From Callorhinchus milii (lineage: Eukaryota), in the NCBI RefSeq assembly GCF_018977255.1, contig NW_024704742.1, positions 57,910,001 to 57,974,000 of the forward strand: DNA of 64,000 nt. Reading direction: 5' to 3'. The notes beneath the pieces were generated by a model. That model was not told the origin of the DNA. It did not search any database and saw only the letters and a list, made by a program, of their open reading frames with translations. The translations under genes were made by a program, and so were the position numbers. This document shows positions 13,535 to 26,554 of the stretch, piece after piece (position 1 is the first letter of the stretch; every line of letters begins with the position of its first letter).

Positions 13535-14177
13535 CATAACATCGCCTGATTCTGCCACTACCTCACCCCTCAGGCCGCTGAAACTCTTGTTCATGCCTTC
13601 ATCACCTCCAGGCTTGACTATACAAATGCCCTGCTTGTCGGCCTTCCCAACTCCTCCCTCCACAGGCTGCAGATAATCCAGAACTCTGCAGCACATGTCC
13701 TCTCTCGCACCAAACTCCGTGACCCCATCTCCCTCATCCTTGCCCAACTCCACTGGCTCCCTATCCTTCAGAGGATCCAGTTAAAGATCCTGGTCCTCCA
13801 TGGCCTTGCCCCACCCTATCTCTGTGACCTTCTAACCCCCTACCAACCTACCCACTCCCTCCGCTCAGCTGGCTCTGGCCTGCTCTACGTCCCCCAACCT
13901 ACCCGCCCCACCATTGGTGGGAGAGCCTTCAGCCACTCTGCCCCCAACCTCTGGAATTCCATCCCCCAATCACTCTGCCTCACCCCCTCCTTAGCCTCCT
14001 TCAAGTCCCACCTCAAGACCCTCCTCTTTGGCCATGCCATCAGTCATCCCACTTCCCATCCCTTCTCCCCCCCTGACCCCAGCTCAAGTCTGAAATGCTG
14101 TACACTGTCCAGCGCCTTGGGACGTCCTCTCGACATGAAAGGTGCTATACAAATGTGATCTTGTTGTTGTTGTTGTT
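13535..14177 (+). mobile_element. 5'-truncated L2 fragment (subfamily A)
   Basis: [34 protein letters not shown], ending in a (GTT)n tail. Confidence 0.9.
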
Positions 14178-14943
14178 TGAAGTACCGTTGCAATGCTGAT
14201 AGTAAATCTGTATCTGTTACTAATAACTTTTTTTTCCTCTCATTTGCATAAAACCAGATGAAAATAATCTTAACAATAGGTAAACCAAAGGTTACACATC
14301 GGCTTTTCTTTCAGCCATTCCAAGGGATGAGGGAAATTCTGAAGTTAATGTTTCTTTGAAAGGAGACTTCACAGTAAATTCACATGCATGTTTTGAGAAT
14401 TCTCCCTGGATGGGATACCTCACTATCAGTGGGTGAACTTTCAGCCATTCTTTCCCCACTCTCTGGAATGGAATCTCTCTGGCTTGCTTTTTTTCCTCCC
14501 CAACTTTGATATGTTTATGATTTGCATGTTTGATCACTTTACCATTTTCCTCCTTCCTCAGTTGTCCATTCAGTAAAGTACTTGTGGGTAAACCTCCTGA
14601 TGTAAAGGGCATAAAGGAATACAAATGAAGCTGTTGTTAATACACTTAAAACAGTAGAGAGAAAAGCAAAATTTGTTGAGCTAGAGAGAATTCTGCAATT
14701 AGCCAAACCTCATGCCTCATGAGATTTCATTGCTGGGAGAGTAGGAAGGGGAGCAACAGGAAGAGAGAATGAAGCCATACTTCTGAAGAGAATTCTGCAA
14801 TAAGCCACAAACCTCATAAGATTTTATTGCTACTAGTTTCATAAAAGTAATTTTTAAAACTATATTTTTCTAAATGCTCACAATGTCGCACTTGAGAGTG
14901 CCAGATTTATTGTGAGTGATCAAACGTGCATATCATAAACATA

Positions 14944-15247
14944 TGGAGTCCTGTAGCTCAGTGGTTAGAGCACTCGCTTTGCAAGCGAGAGACCTGAGTT
15001 CAATTCCAGGCAGGGCGAAACCTTGGGCAAGTTTCCTTACTCCACACGCCTAATAATAATCCCTCCAAAACCAAAAACAATAATAAAAATTGGTTATTTT
15101 CAATCTACGACTGTTTGTGGGACATTGCTGTTCGCAATTGGCTGCCGCGTTCGCCCACAAATATACAGTCAATTCACTTTACAGTGTGTTCTGTGAAGCG
15201 CTTTGGGGCGCTATATCAAATGCAAGAATTATTATTATTATTATTAT
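14944..15247 (+). mobile_element. tRNA-headed Deu-type SINE (young), with the 3' stem-loop deleted
   Basis: Full head tggagtcctgtagctcagtggttagagcactcgctttgcaagcgag; lacks the acgtcctcccgacgtgaaa segment present in other copies. Confidence 0.92.
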
Positions 15248-16704
15248 ATCAAAGGAAGGAAGAAGCAATGCCGTGGAGGGCCTTGAATGCAAAGATGAGG
15301 ATTTTGAACTCTATCCTCCGAGGGACAGGTAATTAGGATACTTGTGAAATAAAGCTATTAAGGGCTAGACCATAGATATTTACAGCAGAGAAGAAAGCCA
15401 TTTGGCCCATCCTGTCTTTGCTGGTTCTTTTAAGAACAATCTTTTCAGTGCCATTTACCTGCTCTTTCTCTGGACCCATTTAGTTGACTCCCTTTCAGAT
15501 ATACGTCTAGTTCCTTTTTGAAAACTATGGAGACAATTCAAATTCAGGCAGCATCCTCTTTGACATTCAACAATTAATTTTCAGTTCATTTGTCCTTTTC
15601 TCTGGAAGAGATCAGTGGTATGTTTCAGGTAGGATTAAACTGATAATTCCAGCTGTTATTGTTAAGATACCCATCAATACAAGTACATTCTTGCTGTACA
15701 TTCCTAAAAGGCAGAATGTGACAACATTACAACTTCTATCTAAATCCAATTCTATCAAATCCTTATAACACAAATTATACACAGACTAGTCAAGATACAT
15801 TTTTAAAAAAAAATCTTTCATTTTATTATAACGCTTTTCTCAGGAGGATATCTCAAAATGCTTCTCAGTTTATACTGTACAGTGTAGTGACTGTGTATTT
15901 TGTAGGTGAAAGCAAAAGCTAATTTGTGCACAGCAGTGTCTCACAAATAGCCATGAAGCAAATGATCAATTTAATCTAAGGGTTTGTTGGCCTGGACACT
16001 GGTAGAAACTCCAATTTATTTTCAAAAGTTACTACGTCCACCTGAACAAGGATCCTGATTCATCACAAATATACAGTCAATTCACTTTACAGTGTGTTCT
16101 GTGAAGCGCTTTGGGACGTCCTCCTGACGTGAAAAGCGCTATATCAAATGCAAGGATTATTATTATTATTATTATATATCACCTCATCTGAAGGATGACC
16201 ACCCCAGGACTGCATTAGAGTGTCAGCATAGACTATGTTGTTCAAAGTTCCAATGTGAGACTCAAAATGCATATTTATTGCATTTTGAACTTTGAAAAAA
16301 ACATGCCAAGTGTTTTTAGAAAGCATTATTCTTACACCATCTTGCAGAACCATCATGCTGACTGCCTGTTAGTTGGATCCCATTCCAAAATCCTTAAAAA
16401 AAGTGTCTTAGATAATAATAGAAAATGACCCCTTTCACAGTGGTTTTCCCAAGTTAAGGAGAGAGTTCAATGAGACTGCAATTTTGATACAACTCAGCAA
16501 CAACTTACATTAATACAGATACTGAGGTAAGGAATCACCTATATAACAACTTGCACTTATATAGCACCCTCCATGCAGGGTAGTGTCTCAGAGCGCTTAA
16601 CAGTGACTTAACAGTGACTTAGCATGACTCCGAGCCAGGGCGACAAGAGAGGGGTGGGGAGGTGGCCGTAAGCACAATCCAATTGTATTATTGTATTGTA
16701 TTTG

Positions 16705-16960
16705 TATACAGTGCACTGAGAACTTGAATGAGGGATGGGAGGAGTTTCTCGTGGTGGAGCTTCTATCAGGGACCAGGGACACTAAGGAACAAGACATGCA
16801 GGAGAAGGAACAGGAAGAGAAACCGACAACATCAAAGCCCCCTCTCACTTGTGCTGATGCACTGGGTATGTTGGGACAAATAAAGGGCTTTTGCCTTGAT
16901 CATGGACTTGAGGTGAGGCAGACTTTGGCTGATAATGAAGATCGGCTGTAGGCCAAGGCT
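16705..16960 (+). mobile_element. Tigger/pogo transposase C-terminal remnant
   Basis: Acidic tract followed by PPLTCADALGMLGQIKGFC, resembling the C-terminus of Tigger-type transposases. Confidence 0.5.
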
Positions 16961-18327
16961 AATTGAATCAGAGAGTGAGGCATACAGATCTGGTGAGTAA
17001 GAAGGGTGAGTTGTTGATATTCAACTATGGAAAGATATGTATCATCTAACACTTGATGTGACACAGGCAATCAGTGACTCCAACAACAGTCGTGGAAGAG
17101 AAATGAGTGGTGGATAGAAACATTTGGATATGTTGAAAATGGAGGAATGCCAAAGGTTTGTGGGACCAGACCATGGTGAGATCCGGTCCTGAGCACCACA
17201 CTATTATCTTGGCAAATTTTGAATCGGAGATGCAATAGAATGTGAACTTAGGTAGGGCTGATTGTTACTGGAGAAATAAATCAGTTAAATAATACAGAAA
17301 ACCAGACAGCTAGTTAAGTATTACTAATGTTTTCTTCCATTGTCGGGATGGGAGCACACTGCAATTCTAGATACACTCCTACTACCTATTTCCCTAAAAA
17401 ATCATTTTGCAGTATACCCTGTGAAGTGATTTGAGATGTCCTTCCGATGTGAAAGGTGCTATATTAAATGTAAGGATTATTATACTATTACTGGAGTGGA
17501 ATAAATACAGTTGACCAAGATGGGAATTCATGATATCTATTTTGTGCCTATATACTCGTTCTATATAGAAGTTGAATGAGAAATATCTTCTCAGGTTTAT
17601 TATTATATAAAAATTTTTCCACCATTACTACCTTCTTATGGCATAAAATGGCAGCACTTGATTTGGACCAATTGGTGGCACTAGATCCAAGCTACCACAC
17701 AGATTTTCCATACCTGTAGTTTAAAGAATCCAAATGGATGGAATACTCAAAAGTCTCAAAACAATTCTCAGGATATACTGTAAAGTGCAAGTATTTTGTG
17801 TTGAATGGAAGCAGATGAGTAGACTTCTGTAAAATCTGCTACCAATCAGTCATTCCTCTGTAAACAGAGTAAATCTAGATCCAGGTGGAATTTCTCCCCT
17901 TATATTTCTGCCCTAAACTTTCTCTTCACAGCTCTGATCCTGTTACGTCTTGCCCTGTAACCTTGGTGCATCTCAAAGTATTCCTCTGGATTTATTTTCT
18001 CTGTCCCATTAAGCATCTCACAAAGCCATTCTATAAAGTATTCTTTTTGCAAGACAACCACGCTAATGTAAGTTGGTCATGGAGATGCTTGTAAGGATGG
18101 CACAACTAACAATGAGAAGTACAGTGCCAGCCTTTAGTATCCACAGAGAGCACCTATCTGTGGAGGGAATGTTTGACATCAAGGATAAGTCAAAGCAGAT
18201 CAGATCATCCTCCATCTGCTGCAGGATAACTGATGAACATTTCTATTTTATGCTACTCAGGGATTGACAAAGACTGCTGTTGCGGACAATCAATATCAAT
18301 GGACAATATATTTTTAGTATTTTGGAG

Positions 18328-18640
18328 TGGAATCCTGTAGCTCAGTGGTTAGAGCGCTCGCCTTGCAAACGAGACACCTGGGTTCAATTCCAGGCACAGG
18401 GTGAAACCTTGGGCAAGTTTCCTTATTCCACACACCTAATAATAATCCCTCCAAAACAATAATAAATTGGTCATTTTCAATCCATGACTGTTTGTGGGAC
18501 ATTGCTGTGTGCAATTTGCTGCCGCATTTCACCCACAAATATACGGTCAATTCATTTAACAGTCTATTCTGTGAAGTGCTTTGAGGCGTCGAGAAGACGT
18601 GAAATGCGCTATATTAAATGCAAGGATTATTATTATTATT
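18328..18640 (+). mobile_element. tRNA-headed Deu-type SINE
   Basis: Complete head, body and (ATT)n tail. Confidence 0.9.
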
Positions 18641-18756
18641 TTGCAATAAATGACTGGACATTCCAATGTTGTGTATCAATTATACTATTATGTTTTATAT
18701 TCCCATTGCTGTTTATATGTAGATGTTGCTGTAATGCTACAAAAATAAAAGATCTG

Positions 18757-19425
18757 CCATATATATGTTACAGTAAAGTTGGGAAATCAGGGATCTTGCA
18801 AAATCCCTGAAATTTTTGGTAAAATTGTGAACCCATGAAATCATTGAAATTAGAAGTCAGGGATTTCATGAAAAAGTGATAATTTTATCATATTGATAAC
18901 CTTGCCTTGATATTTGTTAGCATTATCAACAAATAAATAAATAAAAACACATTGTGAAAATTAATATTTAAACTAGTGAGGCTTCCATGACACCATTTTA
19001 GCTTTGCTTTGAAGCATTTACAACTGTTGGTCTGGCATTTCCTCGGACTGCAGTTACACTCATAAACCCTGGTCTACCACAAACAGACTGTGCATTGGCA
19101 GCTTCACAGAGTGACACTGACTTCTCCTGGTTGACACAGGTCTCTGTTAACAATTATGGTGGGCAGAGGTCACATTTTGCAAAATCCATGATTTCACAAT
19201 TTCCTGAAAATTTCAGGGATTTCGTGAAATTCCTGGTTTTACAACTTTACCGTAACATATATTTTGCAGTAAAAAACAGGGATTTCAAGTTTTGAAAGCA
19301 GGGCTTCCACAAAACTCTGTCACAAAATATGATGAAATTATTACTTTTTCACCAAATCCCTGAGTCCTAATTTCAGTAATTTCATGGATTCACAATTTTA
19401 CTGAAAATTTTAGGGATTATGCAAA
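18757..19425. mobile_element. cluster of three related MITE-like DNA transposon pieces (hAT-like CAGGGCTT end) in inverted arrangement
   Basis: 18757-18895 is reverse-complementary to both 19185-19265 and 19327-19425; recurrent aaatccctga motifs; candidate terminus cagggcttccacaaaact at 19299. Confidence 0.55.
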
Positions 19426-20239
19426 TTTGTACACATCCAAACATTATTCATTTGTACATATCCAAAGCATTATTCCAAACAAGAAGAGTTTCTCTTGGTG
19501 CCCTGACCAGCAATCCTTCAGATAAAATTGCAAACTTAATCAATCACTTCATGACTGTTTGTGGGATATTGCTTTCCTTACTCAACATACCTTTGTTTTC
19601 TTAGCAGTAAGTAGGAACCCAATTGTTAGTTGATTGGCAGGTCACTTTTCCAGGGGTAATAATCCCTTAAAAATAAATTTGGTAACTCAATCTGCGACTG
19701 TTGTGGGACACTGCTGTGCGCAATTGGCTGCCGCGTACTGCCCAGACAAACTACACAGTCAATTCCCTTTAAAGCGCTCAAATGCAAGGATGATTATTAT
19801 TACTGTTATTAATGCACACAATCTGATTCTATTTGTAATGCTATACTTTTGAGAATCTTCAATGTCTTTAAAGTTCTGAAGTCTTTAAAGACCTGAATGC
19901 ATAAACACGCTTATTTTGTACATGAACAAACATCTCTGTTGAAATATATTTGATGTCATCTGTTGTTAATGTATATCGTGGATTGAGTTACCAAATTTAT
20001 TTTTAAGGGATTATCACCCCGGGAAAAGTGATCTACCAATCAACTAATAACTGGGTTCCTACTTACTGCTCATGTACTACAACAATATAAGAACATAAGA
20101 AATATGAGCAGGAAGTAGGAACTCATTTGGCCCCTCGAGCCTGCCCTGTCATTTAATAAAATCATTGCTGATCTTCTAACCTAATTACATTTACACTCTC
20201 TATCCCCATATCCCTTAATCCCTTTAGTTTTTAAGTCTA

Positions 20240-20795
20240 CAACAAACAACAACAACACGAACAACAAATTACATTTGTATAGTGCCTTTCACGTTGGGAG
20301 AATGTTCCAAGGCACTGGACAGTCAGGGATATGGACCCGAGCAGGGGTTTGGGATTAGGAGGGTTGGGAAGGTCGGTGTAGGAGGGTGACCGAAGGTGAG
20401 GTCGAAGAGGAGGGTCTTAAGAAGGCCTTGAAGGAGGCGAGGGAGGGATCAAGGTGAAGGAACTGAATATTGGGGTTCCAAAGGTTGGAAGAGGCTGAAG
20501 GCCCGACAGCCGATGGTGGGGCGGACCAGGTGGGGGACAAGGAGCAGGCCAGCATTTGCTCAGCGGAGGGAGTGGACAAGTCGAATCAGTGTTAAACAGA
20601 TCACAGAGGTAGGAAGGAGCAAAGCTGTGGAGGCCCTTGAAGGTGAGGACGAGGATTTTGAACTTTATCCTCCGAGGGGTGGAGAGCCATTGGAATTGGG
20701 CGAGGGTCATGGAGCCTGGTGCCGGAGAGAACATGAGCTGTAGAGTTTGAATGATCTGCAGCTTGTGCAGGCAAGAGTTGGGAAGGCCAACGGGA
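20240..20795 (-). mobile_element. 5'-truncated L2 fragment (subfamily A)
   Basis: (CAA)n on the + strand, shared 3' stem-loop, RIKFKILVLTFKGLH. Confidence 0.88.
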
Positions 20796-20828
20796 TGAAA
20801 ATCAGATAATCTTAATAAGAGTGCCCAG

Positions 20829-20935
20829 CAGACTGCTCCTGCACACAGTCTGCTCCTTCACAAAGACTTCTCATGCGCACAGACTGCTCCTGCACACTGT
20901 CTGTTCATGCACATAGACTGCTCCCGCACACAGCA
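20829..20935 (+). repeat. degenerate 17-bp tandem repeat (CAGACTGCTCCTGCACA), about 6 units
   Basis: Directly visible. Confidence 0.8.
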
Positions 20936-21204
20936 GTTTTCTCACAAATGCATCAGATTTAATTTAATCTTTGCAAAATTCATAGTCACTGAACATTATA
21001 GTAAATTCTGTGAAGTGCTATGAGATGTCCACCTGACATGAAATCAACTGCAAGGTTATTATAATCATTACATTTTCTGCCTAACCAATGTGATCACAAT
21101 TTAGATTTTTTTAATAAAAAGTAAATTTCCTGAAAAATACATTCCTATAATTAACCCTTATTTAAATAGTTAATTGATTTTCTAGTTATTATTTGTTTTT
21201 AGCA

Positions 21205-22560
21205 GCTGTGTATCTGACACATGAGTGAACCCATCACCATGCTAAAGAGCATCGAAACAAAACTGAGAATTCCATGCATCCACCTACACATGGAAATCCC
21301 AGAGAGAAATTGTAATGGAATGCACACTCTCTCCCTGGAGGGATGCATTCTACTTAACAAATTCCTGAAAGTATTAGGGGTAGGTTGTCAAGAGCCAAGG
21401 ATTGGAGACCCAAGAATGTGCATTGGGGTACTGATGGAATCTAACCAACTAAAAACCCATTCATATTGCTCTCTGTTAAGCTTTCCCACGACTTGTCCAG
21501 CTAAGACCACCCTATCCATTAAGGTTTGGGTTTGCAGAGTTAATAGGAGCAGAGCGGGATGATTCCACAGCCCCAGTGACTACCCTTCTAAGTCTTGTCG
21601 ATGAGCCAGACTGGCTGTGCTGTCATCAGCGGTGCCTTGGAATGCTATGGACGTGTCTGGACTACAGAGACCACCACAAAGGGTTGGCTCGGTTCCGACA
21701 TCCCGTTGCCAAGCCAGTTGAGCTCCAAGGAGACCGTGCTTACCTCCCTCCAAGGAGGAAAGTCACTTGTTGGTCATCAACATTTGATAAGCACGGGTTT
21801 GAGAATCACTAGGTGGAGGGTAGGTACCAGGAACTCTATGCAAGCTTCCCGCTGAGCCACACAAATCAACATGAAATGCATGAGAGCATTGCTACCTGTC
21901 TGCAGCTCGGGCACACGTCCCATTCCATTGAGCAATGGCTCCACTAATTGGAGGTGTAGAGTTTAAGAAGAAGGTGCTTGCCTCTCTGCAGGCCAATCCA
22001 GGTGGATCCCAGGCACTGGATGTACGAACATGTGTTCACAATCTCAGGTTCCAGGTAATGCTTTTTAGCAGCTGTCACCCCAAGTCTCAGAGTTTCCTCA
22101 TCAGCTATCTGGCGGATATTGTTCTGCCTTGATGTTCTCGAAGTCCAAGTCCAATGTCACGTACCAGGCTTACTTAACGCCAGCTGCTCAATCTGTCCAG
22201 TCCTTATATGAGGGGCCTTGGCAAATAGATGTGCCCACTGTGTAGCTGACTCCACCTCCAGGGTTCTTAGTGACAGGTCAGTGTAGGCCGGAGCTCTCCC
22301 TCCTTGTAGCCAATTTTCATGTTTGCCACAAATTCCACCTCACTGCTTGATCCTGGACTTTGCAACTGGGTCAGAGGAAGCCACTCCCCTGCATCCCCAG
22401 GTGCTCGGATCCATAAAGGAAGACTATTTGCATCCAGGTGTGGTATGCCACAAGTTTAAATAGGACCTTGTTCTCCTTGAAGAGGGGTGAGCATGACTAT
22501 AGTGCCCTTCACCCTTTTCAGTGTGGTGCTTCAGCATGTTACCATATCTTGAAGATATCA
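21205..22560 (-). mobile_element. old RTE-X-like LINE, ORF2 C-terminus plus 3' UTR
   Basis: Minus-strand remnants: FLYGSE(frameshift)TWG, TQWAHL, and a CCHC-like knuckle CPSCRQ(frameshift)NALMHFMLIC; many stop codons. Confidence 0.65.
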
Positions 22561-22974
22561 AGCAGAATACAGCTTTAACAAAATGTTTGGCTTGGCCTTG
22601 TCGTCTGTAATAAACTTTTAGAACAAAATATTATGGCTAAGTTTAGGGCGCTGCAAGAAAAGCTGACTCTGCAAGATAACTCACATATCTTGATTGAGAC
22701 AACCTTCTGTGTGCTGTTCGGAACATTATGTTGCACAGCACAAATATGTGCCGTTTGAACTATGATATTTGTAGTGAGCTAATGAACTACAAAGACTAAA
22801 CTTGTTCTTGTTATATTTCAGAGCATTGAAGACCTTACATTAATTCATTGCAAAACTGCCATGAGTTTACCTTTTCAGTGATTTGCTGGCTATTATCATC
22901 CAGGTCTTAAGATGATAGCTATTTGTTTCTACTATCATCTCAGTATACCTTAACTGCACTATGAGGATTTTACT

Positions 22975-23467
22975 TACAATGTAAATCACTGGATAGGCCT
23001 CAGATGGAGTATTGTGTTCAATTCTGGGAACCACACTTGAGGAAGGATGTCAAGGCCTTGGAGAGGGTGCAAAGGAGATTTACCAGAATAATAACAGGGA
23101 TGAGGGGATTCAATTATGTGCAGAGACTAGAGAGGCTGGGATTGTTCTCCTTAGAGCAGAGAAGATTAAGGGGAGATTTAATAGAGGTGTTCAAAATGAT
23201 GAGGGGTTTTGTTAGAGTAGTTAGGGAGAAACTGTTTCCTGTGGCAGGTGGGTGGGCAACTAGAGGACACAGATTTAAGATAATTCACAAAAGAACCAGA
23301 GGGGAGACAAGGAGATTTTTTTTTACCCAGACATTTGTTACAGTCTGGAATACACTGCCTAGAAGGGTGGTTGAAGCAAATTTGATAGTAGTTTTCAAAG
23401 GGGAATTAGATAGGTATTTAAAAAGGAAAAGAATGCAGGGCTTTGGGGAAAAAGCGGGTGATTGCGA

Positions 23468-23469
<2 letters not shown>
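22975..23469 (+). mobile_element. CR1 LINE ORF2 3' end
   Basis: YCVQFWEPHLRKDVKALERVQRRFTR...LGLFSLEQRRLRGDLIEVFK...WNTLP. Confidence 0.95.
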
Positions 23470-23499
<30 letters not shown>

Positions 23500-23803
23500 C
23501 CTTGCATTTGATATAGCGCTTGTCACGTCGGGAGAACGTCCCAAAGCGCTTCACAGAACACACTATAAAGTGAATTGACTGTATATTTGTGGGCGAACGC
23601 GGCAGCCAATTGCGCACAGCAATGTCCCACAAACAGTCGTAGATTGAAAATGACCAATTTATTATTGTTTTTGGTTTTGGAGGGATTATTATTAGGTGTG
23701 TGTAGTAAGGAAACTTGCCCAAGGTTTCGCCCTCTGCCTGGAATTGAACTCAGGTCTCTCACTTGCAAAGCGAGTGCTCTAACCACTGAGCTACAGGACT
23801 CCA
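23470..23803 (-). mobile_element. full-length young tRNA-headed Deu-type SINE with a 5-bp TSD
   Basis: CGAGT at 23465-23469 and 23804-23808; CpGs retained; long (ATT)n tail. Confidence 0.95.
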
Positions 23804-24658
23804 CGAGTTGAATTGCTAATCAAGGGAATGAGTTTAATACAGTTGTCATCTGCTCTGGGCAGTAAAAAAATCATATTTCCAGTTTTACTCAAGGCTTTTC
23901 AGTTAAATTCTGTGACCTCTATGATAGTAAAAGTGAAATCCCAACAATACAAGTAAGCTCCCTTGAGATGATAATAGAATCAGATAAGCAATATCTTAAG
24001 ACTTGGATCATATTCCCCCATTTTCTTTTATCACAAATCCCTTCAAGCCCTGGCACCTCCCTAACCTTCTGACCTGCTGTCTCCCCACTCCACTATCAGC
24101 TGCCTCCGATCCAGTGGCTCTGGCCTCCAGCTTGTACCTCCTCCTCTCCACTCTACCATTAGCAGCTGTGCTTTCAGCCACTACACCAAAAAGCTTTGGA
24201 ACTCTCTCCCCCAATTCCTCCGCCTTACCCCTCCTTCGCCTCTTTTAATTCACGATTGCAGACCCTCCTCTTCAACCGTGCTAACGGTCACTTCCTCCCT
24301 CTCCCCGGCTCGGGTTTAGGTTCCACCATTGTTAAGCACTCCAAGTATTCACACTGCCCTGGGTGAATAACACTATATAAGTGCAAGTTGTTGCTGTATT
24401 TCAGAGGGTCCAGGATTTGATCATTTCTTAAATGCAGCTATAATTTTGAAGCTGGCTTTCTGTGTGTTCTTTTAGGACAAAACTGGTGAGATTGCTGATA
24501 TTATCACCTCCTATAAAGACCTCCCAACAAAATCCCAGTTTGAAAATTGTTCTTTCCAGAATCCTATTTTAAATGCAGATTATGTCAGAGTGCAGTTCCC
24601 ATAGGCATTTGTGAAGCAAATAAGGAAACCCTAATTTTGAGTTGGAGACCGTATCAAG

Positions 24659-24985
24659 AATAATAATAATAATAATCCTTGCATTTGATATAGAGCTTTT
24701 CACGTCGGGAGGACGTCCCAAAGCGCTTCACAGAACACACTGTAAAGTGAATTGACTGTATATTTTCGTGGGCAAACGCGGCAGCCAATTGCGCACAGCA
24801 ATGTCCCACAAACAGTCGTAGATTGAAAATGACCAATTTTATTATTGTTTTTGGTTTTGGAAGGATTATTATTAGGCTCTGTGTGGAGTAAGGAAACTTG
24901 CCCAAGGTTTCGCCCTCTGCCTGGAATTGAACTCAGGTCTCTCACTTGCAAAGCAAGTGCTCTAACCACTGAACTACAGGACACA
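24659..24985 (-). mobile_element. full-length young tRNA-headed Deu-type SINE
   Basis: Nearly identical to the copies at 1213-1527 and 23470-23803. Confidence 0.93.
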
Positions 24986-26092
24986 TGCCTCGCTCCTCCA
25001 CTCCATTATGAACGGCCTTAGTTTCAGATACTTTGCCCGAAACTTTGGAACTCTCTGCCTGAACCCCTCCATTTGTTGTCTTTTTGCATCTTTGCCTGTG
25101 CCTATCTGCCCTCCTTCCCTGGCTCAGCATCAAACACCCACTGTCGAGCACTCTGACACACTCTCCATGTGTTAAGTTGTTGATATATACCTTTTGGTGC
25201 AATTAAACTGTTTTGCCACCAGCTGCCACAGTTTCTGTTTGTCATTTTATTTATGTTCCTCAATATAGTTTCTTCATTTGACCACTTTGTGGTGCTGTGC
25301 TCCCAGGTGTGATGAATTTTTTTGAGATTTATTTTCTGTAGTGTTGCAGCGTATAGACACGTGGTGGCACTGTGTTCTCAGCTAAAACTGTCTTCCCAGG
25401 ATAAAGACAGTGTTTATTCTAACAGCGACAACTTGCATTTAAGCATAGCACCAGTCACATACAATGACGCTTTACAATGATGGGTACAGACACCGAGCTG
25501 GGAGGAAGGCAGAATAGACCATAACTACAGTGAAAGGAAAGGTTTTAAGGTGGGACTTGAAGACAGATAGAGAATTGATACAATGCCTTATCGCATCAAA
25601 ACATATCAAAACTCTTCTCAGTTTTGAGAACCTCACCCCCAGCTCGTACCTCTGCCACCCCCTCCACCTTGGAGTCAGGCTTCGCCACTGTTAAGCACTC
25701 TGAAATGCTACTCTGGGTGGAGGGCACTATATAAGTGCAAATTATTGTTGATGTCAATATTCAGTGTAAAATATAGTGACTGTATAGGCATATATATATA
25801 TAAACAAATGGAGTAACCAATCTGTGTACAGCAATGCCCCACACATGAAGTGAGTGACCAATTTTACCTGGGGGATTGTTTGCCCAGATACCAGAAGGAA
25901 CTCCTCTATTGAAATATTGCCATGGGATATTTAACATTATCCTGGAGACAGTTTAACAAATCATTAGAAGGCTGGAACCTCTAACAATGTGCTGTGTTGG
26001 ATTATCAGCCTAGATCAGTGCTATCCAAAATACACACTTTATAGTATAGCCTGTGATGAACATAGAGGTGTTCTCCCGACGTGAAAAGTGCT

Positions 26093-26554
26093 ATAATAAT
26101 CCTTGCATTTGATATAGTGCCTTATCATGTCTTCGTGACGTCTCAAAGTGTTTCACAGAATATACTGTATAGTGAAATGACTGTATAATTTGAAACACGG
26201 CAGCCAATTGTGCACAGCAGTGTCCCACAAACAGTCGTGGATTGAGTGACCAAATTATTATTGTTTGTTTTCCTGAGGGATTATTATTCGGCATGCGGAG
26301 TAAGGAAACGTGCCCAAGGCAGGCAAATTTCCTTACTACACATGCCTGATAATAAACCCTCAAGAAAATAAATAATTAAAATAACTATTTGGTCACTCAA
26401 TCCATGACTGTTTGTGTGACACTGCTGTGAGTAAATGGCTGCTGCATTTTGCCCGCAAATATACAAACAATTCACTTTACAGTATATTCTGTGAAGAGCT
26501 TTGAGACGTCTAGAAGACTTGCAAAACGCTATATCTAATGCAAAGATTATTATT
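26093..26554. mobile_element. head-to-head pair of headless SINE bodies
   Basis: A minus copy at 26093-26319 abuts a plus copy at 26322-26554. Confidence 0.85.

Noticed and set aside
14944..15020. tRNA-Ala(TGC) genes (also at 5705, 18328, 23803, 24985)
   Set aside because: Every copy runs into the same SINE body and (ATT)n tail, so these are SINE heads.
17690..17720. cag|GTATGGAAAA resembling the start of exon 3 of a second SLC22 paralogue
   Set aside because: A stop codon follows after six codons and there is no further similarity.
21221..21562. Plus-strand ORF similar to the ORF at 54266-54493, suggesting a novel gene family
   Set aside because: Frames are not conserved between copies. 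The similarity is antisense 3' UTR of the RTE-X-like LINE.
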